Below, piece by piece: positions 28,619 to 37,346 of a stretch of DNA of 55,891 nucleotides. Within the stretch, counting starts at the first letter, position 1; each line of letters begins with the position of its first letter. Under the pieces are notes generated by a model, which saw only the letters and a program-made list of their open reading frames with translations, was not told the DNA's origin and searched no databases. Position numbers and translations under genes: made by a program. This stretch comes from an uncultured Bacilli bacterium (GTDB lineage: Bacteria; Bacillota_I; Bacilli_A; RF39; UBA660): assembly GCA_947589435.1 (NCBI GenBank), contig CANQBI010000003.1, forward strand, positions 1 through 55,891. The letters run 5' to 3'.

Positions 28619-29482
28619 TTGAAAAAAACTTTATTATTTACGATTTTTTCTTTTATTTTAATTATCATCGGTTTAGTAATTCTTATTCTTGCATTCTTTA
28701 AACCAAACAATCTTCATAATTTAGATATTCAAAATAAATCTTCTTATGAAGTTACATATAATGATAATAATTATTTTTCTAATAATATTATTCCCGAAAA
28801 CAATTATTATATTACTTCTTTAATTAAAGATATTAATATTAATTATGATATTTTAATTAATAACTTAAAACAAAATAACTATACTTATAAAATAAATATT
28901 AAATTACAATCTAATTATGAAAATAATCCAATCTTTGAAAAAGAATATCCCCTAAAAAATAATAATTTAACAAACAATATTAATGAACAAATAGTTATTG
29001 ATTATAATTATTATTTAAATTATATTAATAATTTTGAAAGTAATCTTAATCTTAAAACAGACTCTTCTCTTTTAATAGAACTAAACATAATAGATAATGA
29101 TACTACTCTAAATTATCTTAATATTACTATTCCTTTAAAAGAAAAAGTTATCTTTATCGAAGAAAATGATAATTTTAACAAACAAGAAAGTAATAATTTT
29201 AATCATAATTATTTTACTATTTCCATAATTCTTATTACTTCCGGTATTTTTATTAATCTTTATTTTAATAAAAGTAATAACTTTAAAAGAATTATCAAAG
29301 AATATAAAAGTTTAATTATTAAAATACTAGATAATCCTAATATAAATAATTATGAAGTTATTAATATAACCTCAATTGAAGATTTAATTAAAATATCTTT
29401 ATCTAATGATTTAAATATTTTAAATTATAATAATAAATATTTTATAATTAAAGAAAATATTATGTATTTATATACTAAATAA
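28619..29482 (+). CDS. DUF5305-like membrane protein
   Basis: Two TM helices flanking an extracellular domain; cytoplasmic tail RIIKEYKSLIIK...SIEDLIKIS..L...IL. The family name is from memory of SipW gene clusters. Confidence 0.55.
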   Translation: MKKTLLFTIFSFILIIIGLVILILAFFKPNNLHNLDIQNKSSYEVTYNDNNYFSNNIIPENNYYITSLIKDININYDILINNLKQNNYTYKINIKLQSNYENNPIFEKEYPLKNNNLTNNINEQIVIDYNYYLNYINNFESNLNLKTDSSLLIELNIIDNDTTLNYLNITIPLKEKVIFIEENDNFNKQESNNFNHNYFTISIILITSGIFINLYFNKSNNFKRIIKEYKSLIIKILDNPNINNYEVINITSIEDLIKISLSNDLNILNYNNKYFIIKENIMYLYTK

Positions 29483-29507
29483 GTTACTAGCATTTAGTAA
29501 CTTATTT
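29477..29507. terminator. Bidirectional terminator
   Basis: AAATAAGTTACTA-GCATT-TAGTAACTTATTT between convergent operons. Confidence 0.8.
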
Positions 29508-29549
29508 TAATTCTTTAACAAATTTCATTCTCTATAATTAACAATGATA

Positions 29550-30665
29550 TTATGCATTATTCTTAGTTGTGATAATGTATGGATGGTCTTTTGTTCCTTC
29601 TCCTGTTAAGTTTACCCCGGATTGTAGATAGAAGACTGGGCGAATCCATTCTCCGTAGTACTCCCACATTGTAAAACGTCCTCCATCATCAATCAACCAA
29701 CTATATTGACTTTCAGTCACAGACATAGTGAGTTCGTAATAATGAAAATCATCATATTTTTGATATAACCAATTACTAGTATCTTGACTCCCAGAATTTT
29801 TATAATCTGTATAATACATTAAGCCTATTTTAAAATCAGAGGAAAAATTTGTTTTTAATTCTGATGATACATCACTATCATGTGGTGTAACGTACCATTT
29901 ATGATTACTTATAATTGATTCCCAATAATTACCATTATTTTGATTAAGAATAGAATTTATAAATGTTGTATTTAGTTCTGTTTTGCACGGTGAAGTTTCA
30001 AATTGTTTAGACATATAACAATTATATGAAGATATTATTTCAGTTTTAATAATTTTTATTTGATCTTTTTTTAATCCAACTAAATCATCATTTGCACTTG
30101 TTATTCCTATTATCCTATACATATAGGTATTTGGCGTTCCTGTGCATGTGCTTTCTACTGTTGTTCCAAAACATATATAGTTATTTAATACTTGTGTATT
30201 TGTTCCTTTAAATCTATACATTCCATCTACGGCACTTGTACTGTTAAAGGTACCTCCACCTTTCTTTGTTAAATGGTCTAATGCTGGTTCTCCTTTAGCA
30301 AAGTACAGAGTACAATATATACTATTTTTTGTATCTATTGTGGCATGATAAGTTGATAAATCAAAATGCAGTATATTTGTATAATCTATTTCTTTTCCAT
30401 CACTATCTGTACATTCTGCTCCAACAAAACCATGAGTTGTTGGACTTGGCCATGTATCTCTATTATCAGATTCATGCCATTCTTCTCCTTCATTATCTTG
30501 TACCCATATGGCTATTGATTTATCATTACTTAATGTATTATTAGTTTGTATTTTTTCTATCTTATTTGGTTTGATATTTAAAGTTCTTATGATGTTATAA
30601 CTTTCTCCTAATATTAAAACTCCTACTATAATTATGATTATTGTTAATATTTTATCTTTCTTCAT
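29550..30665 (-). CDS. Membrane-anchored surface protein with a C-terminal DUF6273/CLec-like domain and a DGR-like variable end
   Basis: 371 aa; same architecture as 246-1421. Confidence 0.75.
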   Translation of the reverse strand: MKKDKILTIIIIIVGVLILGESYNIIRTLNIKPNKIEKIQTNNTLSNDKSIAIWVQDNEGEEWHESDNRDTWPSPTTHGFVGAECTDSDGKEIDYTNILHFDLSTYHATIDTKNSIYCTLYFAKGEPALDHLTKKGGGTFNSTSAVDGMYRFKGTNTQVLNNYICFGTTVESTCTGTPNTYMYRIIGITSANDDLVGLKKDQIKIIKTEIISSYNCYMSKQFETSPCKTELNTTFINSILNQNNGNYWESIISNHKWYVTPHDSDVSSELKTNFSSDFKIGLMYYTDYKNSGSQDTSNWLYQKYDDFHYYELTMSVTESQYSWLIDDGGRFTMWEYYGEWIRPVFYLQSGVNLTGEGTKDHPYIITTKNNA

Positions 30666-30680
30666 TTTATTTTCTCCCTT

Positions 30681-31500
30681 CTATTTACTAAAGTATCCAT
30701 AACAAGTATTTGGTCCAGTTGTATCTATATGAAAGCCATTAGTATCATGAGTAAATGTTGTACTTGCTTTTTTACTTTTACACTCATACGTTATCATAGA
30801 ATAACCATCAGGAACTTGATTATATAATTTATATGTTTTATCATTATATTTTCTATCTCCTGTACTATCTTCTATATAAGCATAAATAATAACATCGGAT
30901 AATTTATCTCTGTCATAATAAAGTCGACATACTACTTGTGTTGGTTTAGTTTCTTCTGTATATTCTATATGGACAGTTCCATCTTCTTTTATAGTGTAAT
31001 TTTCATAAGTTGCATCTCCACCTTCTGCTGGATAACAATTTGATTTATCCCCATTTATTTGATATCCACTGGCGGGTACATATTTACTCTCTTTATATTT
31101 ATCAGCATTATCAGGCATTTGGGTATAAAAGATTATATTTACATCGGTATTCTTATCTATTGGACCTTGTTTAACACTTTCTCCTTCTCCAGCAAAGTTT
31201 CCAACTTTACTTGTAAATATAGGTACTGGTTCCATTTCATAATTATAATAAGCATGAGTTTTATTAATTGCTACATTTATTAATAACAATACAAAAAATA
31301 CTAATACGAATATTCCTAATATTAGTTCTTTATGTTTTAATTTTTCTTTTATATTATTAAGTTTATCTTTTAAATTATTAAATGGTATGAATACTAAAGA
31401 TATTAGGGTATTACAATAACCCCCCCCCGATTTGGGAAATTAGAACTACTAATATAGTTAATCCTACATATAGTACTAAATTTTTATTCTCTTTCTTCAT
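30681..31500 (-). CDS. Secreted surface protein frameshifted at a G9 tract (272 aa if G8)
   Basis: ATG at 31500 with RBS GAGG reads MKKENKNLVLYVGLTILVVLISQIGGGLL* (stop 31413-31411). Removing one G joins it without stops to the track ORF 30681-31289. Confidence 0.75.
31420..31428 (-). repeat. G9 homopolymer (slippage site)
   Basis: Nine C on the plus strand in AT-rich sequence; same context as 55156-55164. Confidence 0.9.
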
Positions 31501-31610
31501 ACTCTTTTACCTCTTTTATATTATTAATTATTTAACTTATTTTTATACCAATGTTGTAAATACCGAATACCTAATACAAATAAAAAAATATTCTTCTACC
31601 TTACATTTAA

Positions 31611-31646
31611 ATAATATCTCAAAACATGCCATAAGTCAATATCTCA
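31611..31646 (-). promoter_or_regulatory. sigmaA promoter TTGACT-N17-TATTAT overlapped by two TGAGATATT direct repeats
   Basis: -35 at 31639-31634, -10 at 31616-31611; repeats at 31613-31621 and 31638-31646; same layout at 55376-55411. Confidence 0.75.
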
Positions 31647-31668
31647 TAGAGTATATTTTACAAGTCTA

Positions 31669-32544
31669 CTAGCCTTTTATTTCTTTAACAAAGACTGGTT
31701 GTCTTAAATTATTACTTTTAGTTCTTTCTATATATTTAACTTCACATTTTAATTTTAGATTAATAATATTTTCATCATTTTCTTTTTTAATTATTTTTTC
31801 TTTTTTTATTTTTTTATATAAAGGACTCTTCTTGGCTATATTTACTTTACCAACTAAAGGATGTTTAGTGGTATTATCTCCTAGTAATAAAGTTATGACA
31901 TAATTTTCTTCTTTTTCTATATAACCAATAATATAAAAAGTTTCGTACTTATAATTTTTAATTTTTAGCCAATAATCACATCTCGTATTTATTAAATAAG
32001 GACTTGTTTTTAGTTTGGCAATAATACCTTCTAAATTTTCTTTTTTTACCATTTTATATAAATCCTTACCATGTTCATCAATATATTTAGTTTTGATAAA
32101 GACATCACTATCTTTATATTTTTCTAAATATTTTTTTCTTTCCTCTAAAGGAAGTTTAGTTAAATCTTTATCTTCATATAAAATATCAAAGGCCATAAAA
32201 GTAATGGGATTGTTTAGTGAAGCCTCTTTTATTTTAGTTTTATTTTTTAAATGAGTTCTTTCTTGTAATTTGGAAAATGATGGTTTACCATTTTGAAAAC
32301 TTACAATCTCGCCATCAAAGATAACTTTATTTTTGACTATCTTTTTTAAACTTTCTAATTCGGGATACAAATAAGTTATATCTATTAAATTACGACTTTT
32401 GATAATTACTTCTTTAGGACTTACAAAAATTAGAGAACGATAACCATCAAATTTTATTTCAAAAAGATAATCTTTGGAATTAAAAGGTTTGGGTATTTCT
32501 CTTAATAACATAGGCCCCCAATTTTTATTTTGCCATATATTCAT
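31669..32544 (-). CDS. ATP-dependent DNA ligase (LigD ligase domain only)
   Basis: FEIKFDGYR, IFDGEI, AFDILY, EGIIAK..S.Y....R...W.KIK, LRQPVF; no polymerase or PE domain. Confidence 0.9.
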   Translation of the reverse strand: MNIWQNKNWGPMLLREIPKPFNSKDYLFEIKFDGYRSLIFVSPKEVIIKSRNLIDITYLYPELESLKKIVKNKVIFDGEIVSFQNGKPSFSKLQERTHLKNKTKIKEASLNNPITFMAFDILYEDKDLTKLPLEERKKYLEKYKDSDVFIKTKYIDEHGKDLYKMVKKENLEGIIAKLKTSPYLINTRCDYWLKIKNYKYETFYIIGYIEKEENYVITLLLGDNTTKHPLVGKVNIAKKSPLYKKIKKEKIIKKENDENIINLKLKCEVKYIERTKSNNLRQPVFVKEIKG

Positions 32545-33290
32545 TTTTTCTTTTTCAAACTCTTTTCTAAGGCTTCCATTAAATCATTAATTTGAATTTT
32601 ATCTTTTTTAGTCGTACCTTTAATACTTTTACCATTTAGTTTAGCCTCAATGGCTTTTCTAATATTATTTTGATATTCATCTTCATACTTTTGGGGTTCA
32701 AATTTACCACTTAAATCGTTGATTAACTTAATGGCTAAATCCAGTTCTTTTTCTTTTACTTCACCCGTTTTATTTTCATCGGGAGTCATTACTTCTTCTT
32801 CAAAAAACAAGGTAGTCATCACTATTCCAAAGGGTGCAAATCTTAAAATACAATAGTAGAATTTACTGCCAATAACTGTTTTGGCTAAAGCTACTTTTTT
32901 CACCTTTTTTAAAGCCTCACAAAACAAATCATAAGCTTTACTTGTCCCATTATATTTTAAAATATAACTTTTTTCAAAATAGATAGGATCAATATCTTTC
33001 ACATCAATAAAAGAAACAATTTCAATTTCTTTTTCTTGTTCGGGTTTTAATTTATCAAGTTCACTTTTATCAAAAGTTAAATATTTATCATTTTCATATT
33101 CATAACCTTTAATAATATCTTTATCTTTTACTTCTTCCTTACAATGCGGACAATATTTAACATAGTTAATTCTCGTTAAACATTTTTTATGAAGTTGGTT
33201 AAAAGAAGTATCATTATCTCTAATTAAAGGATTCATAATAACCGGAATATTTACTAAACCAAAAGAAATATTGCTATGAACATTAGGCAT
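32541..33290 (-). CDS. ku: Ku protein (NHEJ)
   Basis: ISFGLVNIPV, F.QLH..C..RI.Y...CP.C...V...DIIKGYEY, IDPIYFEKSY, F.P..Y.DEY. Probable start 33290; the track start is 33353. Confidence 0.95.
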   Translation of the reverse strand: MPNVHSNISFGLVNIPVIMNPLIRDNDTSFNQLHKKCLTRINYVKYCPHCKEEVKDKDIIKGYEYENDKYLTFDKSELDKLKPEQEKEIEIVSFIDVKDIDPIYFEKSYILKYNGTSKAYDLFCEALKKVKKVALAKTVIGSKFYYCILRFAPFGIVMTTLFFEEEVMTPDENKTGEVKEKELDLAIKLINDLSGKFEPQKYEDEYQNNIRKAIEAKLNGKSIKGTTKKDKIQINDLMEALEKSLKKKK

Positions 33291-33375
33291 AAACATCACC
33301 ATTTTTAGGATAATCTTTTTAAAAATTTTTATACAAAATTTAAAATTAAACATAAATTAAAAAAGGAGGAATGTT

Positions 33376-34296
33376 ATGGATTTTGATTATCATTTTGGAA
33401 ATGATTATTACAAATATTGTGGGGATACGGGAATAAAAAGTACCATTTATAAAATTTTAGCACCAGAACAAAGTCAAGATGAACAACCAGGGATGGAATA
33501 TTTAATGGACCCTTTGCCAATTTTTGACAATCCAAATTATAAAGGAAGTGGCAAATTAAAAGATAAAGTGGCTATCATTACAGGTGGTGACAGTGGTCTT
33601 GGCCGTACTTGTGCTATTTTTATGGTGAAAGAAGGCGCCAAAGTAGTAATTCCATATAAAGATGAAGATAAGGATGCCATGGATACAAAAAAATATATTG
33701 AATCTTTAAATGGCGAATGTCTTTTATTAAAAGGCGATTTAAGAAATAAAGAATTTGCGAAAGAAATTGTCGATAGTACTTTAAAACGCTTTGGGAAAAT
33801 AAATATTTTAGTTAATAATGCTGGTGTTCAGTATCAACAAGATGATTTAACAAAAATAACTGAAGAACAATTTGAAGAAACAATGAAAGTTAATATTTAT
33901 GGGATGTTTTATTTAACAAAAGAAGTCCTACCACATTTACATAGTAAAGATAGTATTATTAATTTAAGTAGCATTACCACCTTTTATGGAGACCCTCAAC
34001 TAATTGATTATGTTACCACTAAAGGAGCTATTGTTGGTTTTACAAGAAGTCTCGCTCGAAATCTCGCTTTAAAAAATATAAGAGTAAACGCTATTGCTCC
34101 TGGATTTTTCTGGACGCCTTTACAACCTGCTTGTTGGGTTAAAGAAAAAATACCTTCTTTAGGTAGTGATGCCGCAATGGCAAGAGGAGCTATGCCTTAT
34201 GAACTTGGACCTACTTTTATTTATCTTGCTAGTGATGATTCTAGTTATATGACAGGTCAAGTGTTACATGTTAATGGTGGTCAAATTATGGGTTAA
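33376..34296 (+). CDS. SDR oxidoreductase, YdaD/YhxD general-stress type
   Basis: Q.EQPG.E..M.P.P....PNYKGSGKL..K.AIITGGDSG; Y.TTK catalytic motif. Confidence 0.9.
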   Translation: MDFDYHFGNDYYKYCGDTGIKSTIYKILAPEQSQDEQPGMEYLMDPLPIFDNPNYKGSGKLKDKVAIITGGDSGLGRTCAIFMVKEGAKVVIPYKDEDKDAMDTKKYIESLNGECLLLKGDLRNKEFAKEIVDSTLKRFGKINILVNNAGVQYQQDDLTKITEEQFEETMKVNIYGMFYLTKEVLPHLHSKDSIINLSSITTFYGDPQLIDYVTTKGAIVGFTRSLARNLALKNIRVNAIAPGFFWTPLQPACWVKEKIPSLGSDAAMARGAMPYELGPTFIYLASDDSSYMTGQVLHVNGGQIMG

Positions 34297-34324
34297 AAAA
34301 AAAATCGCATGTTTTGCGATTTTT
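34296..34324. terminator. Bidirectional terminator
   Basis: AAAATCGCA-TGTTT-TGCGATTTT with A and T tails. Confidence 0.8.
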
Positions 34325-34330
34325 ATTTGC

Positions 34331-35074
34331 TTAATTTCTCGCTGCCCCATCTACAGATAAAATAACACCCGTAATATAACTAGCCATATCACTTGCTAAA
34401 AATAGAAAAGCATTGGCAATATCTCGAGGTTCCCCAATTCTTCCTAAAGGTATTGTTTTAATTAAAGGGGAAATCATTTCTTCCGGAAGACTAGCCACCA
34501 TATCGGTTTTCGTAATTCCAGGAGCTACGGCATTAACTCTTATGTTAAATGGCGCTAGTTCTCTTGCTAAAGATTTAGTTAAACCATTCACCGCGAATTT
34601 AGAAGCTGGGTACCCTACTCCTGATGGTTGACCATAAATGCTAACCATCGAACTTGTATTTAAAATAACTCCTTCTTTTTGTTCTTTCATATAAGGAACA
34701 ACACTTTTTATAATATTAAACATCGCATTAACATTTAAATCCATAATACCCTTAAATTCTTCATATGTTGTATCTTCAATTTTTTTATTTGCACTCATCC
34801 CGGCATTATTAATTAAAACATCAATTCTTCCATATTTAGTATAAATATCTTTTATCGTCTTCTCTACTTCTTCTGAGTTATTTAAATTAGGATAATACCC
34901 ATCCACATTATAACCTAAATTCTTTATTTCTTCTTTGGCCTTCTCAACTGATTCTTCTTTAGAACCAAATAAAATCACTTTACTTCTTTTTTCTAAAAAA
35001 GCTTTAACAGTTTCTAAACCAATCCCTCTTGTACCTCCAGTTACTATAACTACTTTACCTTCTAAATCTTTCAT
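34331..35074 (-). CDS. FabG-like SDR oxidoreductase
   Basis: TGGTRGIG, NNAG, YPASK, NAVAPG motifs; substrate not determinable from sequence. Confidence 0.9.
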   Translation of the reverse strand: MKDLEGKVVIVTGGTRGIGLETVKAFLEKRSKVILFGSKEESVEKAKEEIKNLGYNVDGYYPNLNNSEEVEKTIKDIYTKYGRIDVLINNAGMSANKKIEDTTYEEFKGIMDLNVNAMFNIIKSVVPYMKEQKEGVILNTSSMVSIYGQPSGVGYPASKFAVNGLTKSLARELAPFNIRVNAVAPGITKTDMVASLPEEMISPLIKTIPLGRIGEPRDIANAFLFLASDMASYITGVILSVDGAARN

Positions 35075-35077
35075 AAT

Positions 35078-35785
35078 TTACTTCCTTTCAAAAATATAAT
35101 TATCTACATATCTCTTTATATATTTTATATCATTTTTATTTTTTGTTGTCCATCCTAAAATAAGATTATTTTCTTTTAATTTACTAATTTTTTTATTATC
35201 AACATTAGTAATTTTACATGAATAAAAATCAGGTTTACTTAACTTACTTAAATAAATTCTTATGTTAAACAAAAGATAAGATAAAAATCCTTTATAACTT
35301 AAAAGTTGCCCTCTTATAATATGAGGATAATGTTTTTTTAAATAATAAACACTTTTAAAACGAAAACTTTTTAAAGCATACTCACCTTCATAATTTCTTA
35401 AGTTTTTAACTACTTCTTCTTCAAGCAATCCCACTCTTTTATCACATTTAAGTTCAATAATTAAAGGAACCTTACCATTAACTAGCTTTAAAACTTCTTC
35501 TAAAAGAGGAATACTCTCTAAATAATTTGGATATTTATAATTCTTTAACTCTTCATAAGTTAAATTTTTAATTTTCTTTTTACTGTTAAATAATCTTTTT
35601 AAATTATTATCATGGAATACGATAACTTTATTATCTTTGGTTAAGTGAACATCTAACTCGATTGGGTACCCACTTTTAAGAGCATTCTTAAAAGATGATA
35701 AAGTATTTTCATAAATACCCTTATCATTATTATATAAACCCCGATGAGCAATTTCTTTATTTTTTAAAAAACTATAATCTTTCAT
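35078..35785 (-). CDS. Glycerophosphodiester phosphodiesterase
   Basis: IAHRG...ENTL.SF..A, IELDVHLTKD..VIVFHD, IELK motifs. Confidence 0.93.
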   Translation of the reverse strand: MKDYSFLKNKEIAHRGLYNNDKGIYENTLSSFKNALKSGYPIELDVHLTKDNKVIVFHDNNLKRLFNSKKKIKNLTYEELKNYKYPNYLESIPLLEEVLKLVNGKVPLIIELKCDKRVGLLEEEVVKNLRNYEGEYALKSFRFKSVYYLKKHYPHIIRGQLLSYKGFLSYLLFNIRIYLSKLSKPDFYSCKITNVDNKKISKLKENNLILGWTTKNKNDIKYIKRYVDNYIFERK

Positions 35786-35861
35786 AATTACATCCTATAT
35801 CCAAAACACTTGGGAAAACTGTTTTATATTCTTCTCGGATTTGTTCAATTTTTTTAGTCAT
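35772..35861 (-). CDS. Possible 29-aa small ORF
   Basis: Strong RBS AAGGAGTG followed by MTKKIEQIREEYKTVFPSVLDIGCNYERL*, overlapping the GDPD start. Confidence 0.3.
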   Translation of the reverse strand: MTKKIEQIREEYKTVFPSVLDIGCNYERL

Positions 35862-36036
35862 TAAACTCACTCCTTACAAATTATTATATTAGAGGTCTTA
35901 ATTTTTGGCAAGTTTATCACAGCCAATTTATGGCAAAACTCATTTTTACCCCATAAATACGGCATTTCTTTAAAAATGCATGTAAGTATAATAAATTTTA
36001 CTTTTACCAAACTAATTACTAGGAAGGAGGATAAAG

Positions 36037-36774
36037 ATGAATAAAAAGTTATTAATGATTTTTACATTACTAACCATTTTATTAGTACCATTTATGAGTG
36101 CTCATGCGGAAAGTTATACAATTCATAATCAAGATGAATTAAAAAGTGCTCTACAAAATAATGATATCGATACCATTATTTTAGGGGAAGATATTGAAAC
36201 AACCGAAAAAATTAATATAACCAGAAATGTAACTATTGATGGTGCTAACCACACTATTAAATATGTTGGAACATTCGGAGCCAATGGAAGTAAAAATAAC
36301 ACAGTATGGGGCGGAATCTATGTTTTACAATTCTATAAAACTACTGGTACTTTAAAAGACATCAAATTAACTGGAGGAAATGCTGGTCTATTAATTAATG
36401 GATCTAATGTAACCTTTGTTGGTAATATCGATGTTTCTGGTAATGGTTTTGGTGGTATTGAACTTGGACAAGGTAGTGGAGTTACCGAAAAGAATACTCT
36501 AGCCTTAGAAAATGCCACAATTACTAATACTTCAGAAACAGAAGATCATCCATCAATTTGGGTTCCAGATGATTCTGAAGCAGCCGAAATGATTATTGAC
36601 GGTGAAAGTAAACAAATTGATCCAGGTCATGAACTTACAATGACCGAAGTTAATGAATTATTTGGTATAAATATTCCTCAAACTTATGATAACATTAATT
36701 TAATAATGACATTTTTTACCCTATCTTTAGTAAGTATAGTTATGGGAGTTAAATTATATAAGAAAGAATTTTAA
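36037..36774 (+). CDS. Secreted or wall-anchored protein, beta-helix-like
   Basis: Signal peptide (AHA-ES); ITRNVTIDG..H and G-rich beta repeats; C-terminal PQTYD, TM helix and KK tail. Confidence 0.65.
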   Translation: MNKKLLMIFTLLTILLVPFMSAHAESYTIHNQDELKSALQNNDIDTIILGEDIETTEKINITRNVTIDGANHTIKYVGTFGANGSKNNTVWGGIYVLQFYKTTGTLKDIKLTGGNAGLLINGSNVTFVGNIDVSGNGFGGIELGQGSGVTEKNTLALENATITNTSETEDHPSIWVPDDSEAAEMIIDGESKQIDPGHELTMTEVNELFGINIPQTYDNINLIMTFFTLSLVSIVMGVKLYKKEF

Positions 36775-36895
36775 TTAATATTTTATTAGAGAATTTGTGA
36801 ATAACAAGTTCTCTTTTTTAGTATCTAAAAAAGGATACCATAAACGGTAACCTTTAATATTAACTTATCTTTTAATAATTCCATTAGATAAGATT

Positions 36896-37237
36896 CTAAC
36901 GAACAATTTTCTTAGCGCCCTTTACCCAATTTCTCATGCCTTCGCATTGAACATAATTAGAAACGGCATTTCTAATACTTACATCTAAGTAAGCATCTAA
37001 ACTATCAGCATTAGTATTAGTAATATCATAACTATTAACAATTTCAAAGAAACGTAAATTAGCTTCAGAAACTAAATCATCAAAACTAACTCCTAATCCT
37101 TTAAATTCATTGGCGATACCATAAATACGACTGATATTTGCAAAATATAATAAATCTCTTGCTACAGCATCTCCAGTTTTACGATATTCTACTAAACATT
37201 TAAATGCTTCTTCTTCATTTAAACATGCTTTTCCCAT
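36896..37237 (-). CDS. Sigma-70-family region 2-only protein
   Basis: 113 aa: GD..ARD.L...N...IY.IA..F.G.GV..DDLVSE.N.......V..YD......AY....IRN; ends before regions 3 and 4. Confidence 0.65.
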   Translation of the reverse strand: MGKACLNEEEAFKCLVEYRKTGDAVARDLLYFANISRIYGIANEFKGLGVSFDDLVSEANLRFFEIVNSYDITNTNADSLDAYLDVSIRNAVSNYVQCEGMRNWVKGAKKIVR

Positions 37238-37346
37238 TATTTTTTCCCCCTTTTTTTAAGTTAGGTAATACTTTAACACATTTTTATTAATTTTTCAAGT
37301 ATTTTTGCTACTATACGTGTTATAATAGTAATGTTTAGGTGATTTT

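Noticed and set aside
31685-31700. Additional copy of the 20-bp IMH-like block in the ligase gene
   Set aside because: Only AAAGACTGG matches, explained by the RQPVF codons; there is no GC-rich variable stretch.
33291-33353. Longer N-termini given in the ORF track for Ku (also ftsY, the PBP and the U32 protein)
   Set aside because: Downstream ATGs have better RBSs and match the family N-termini.
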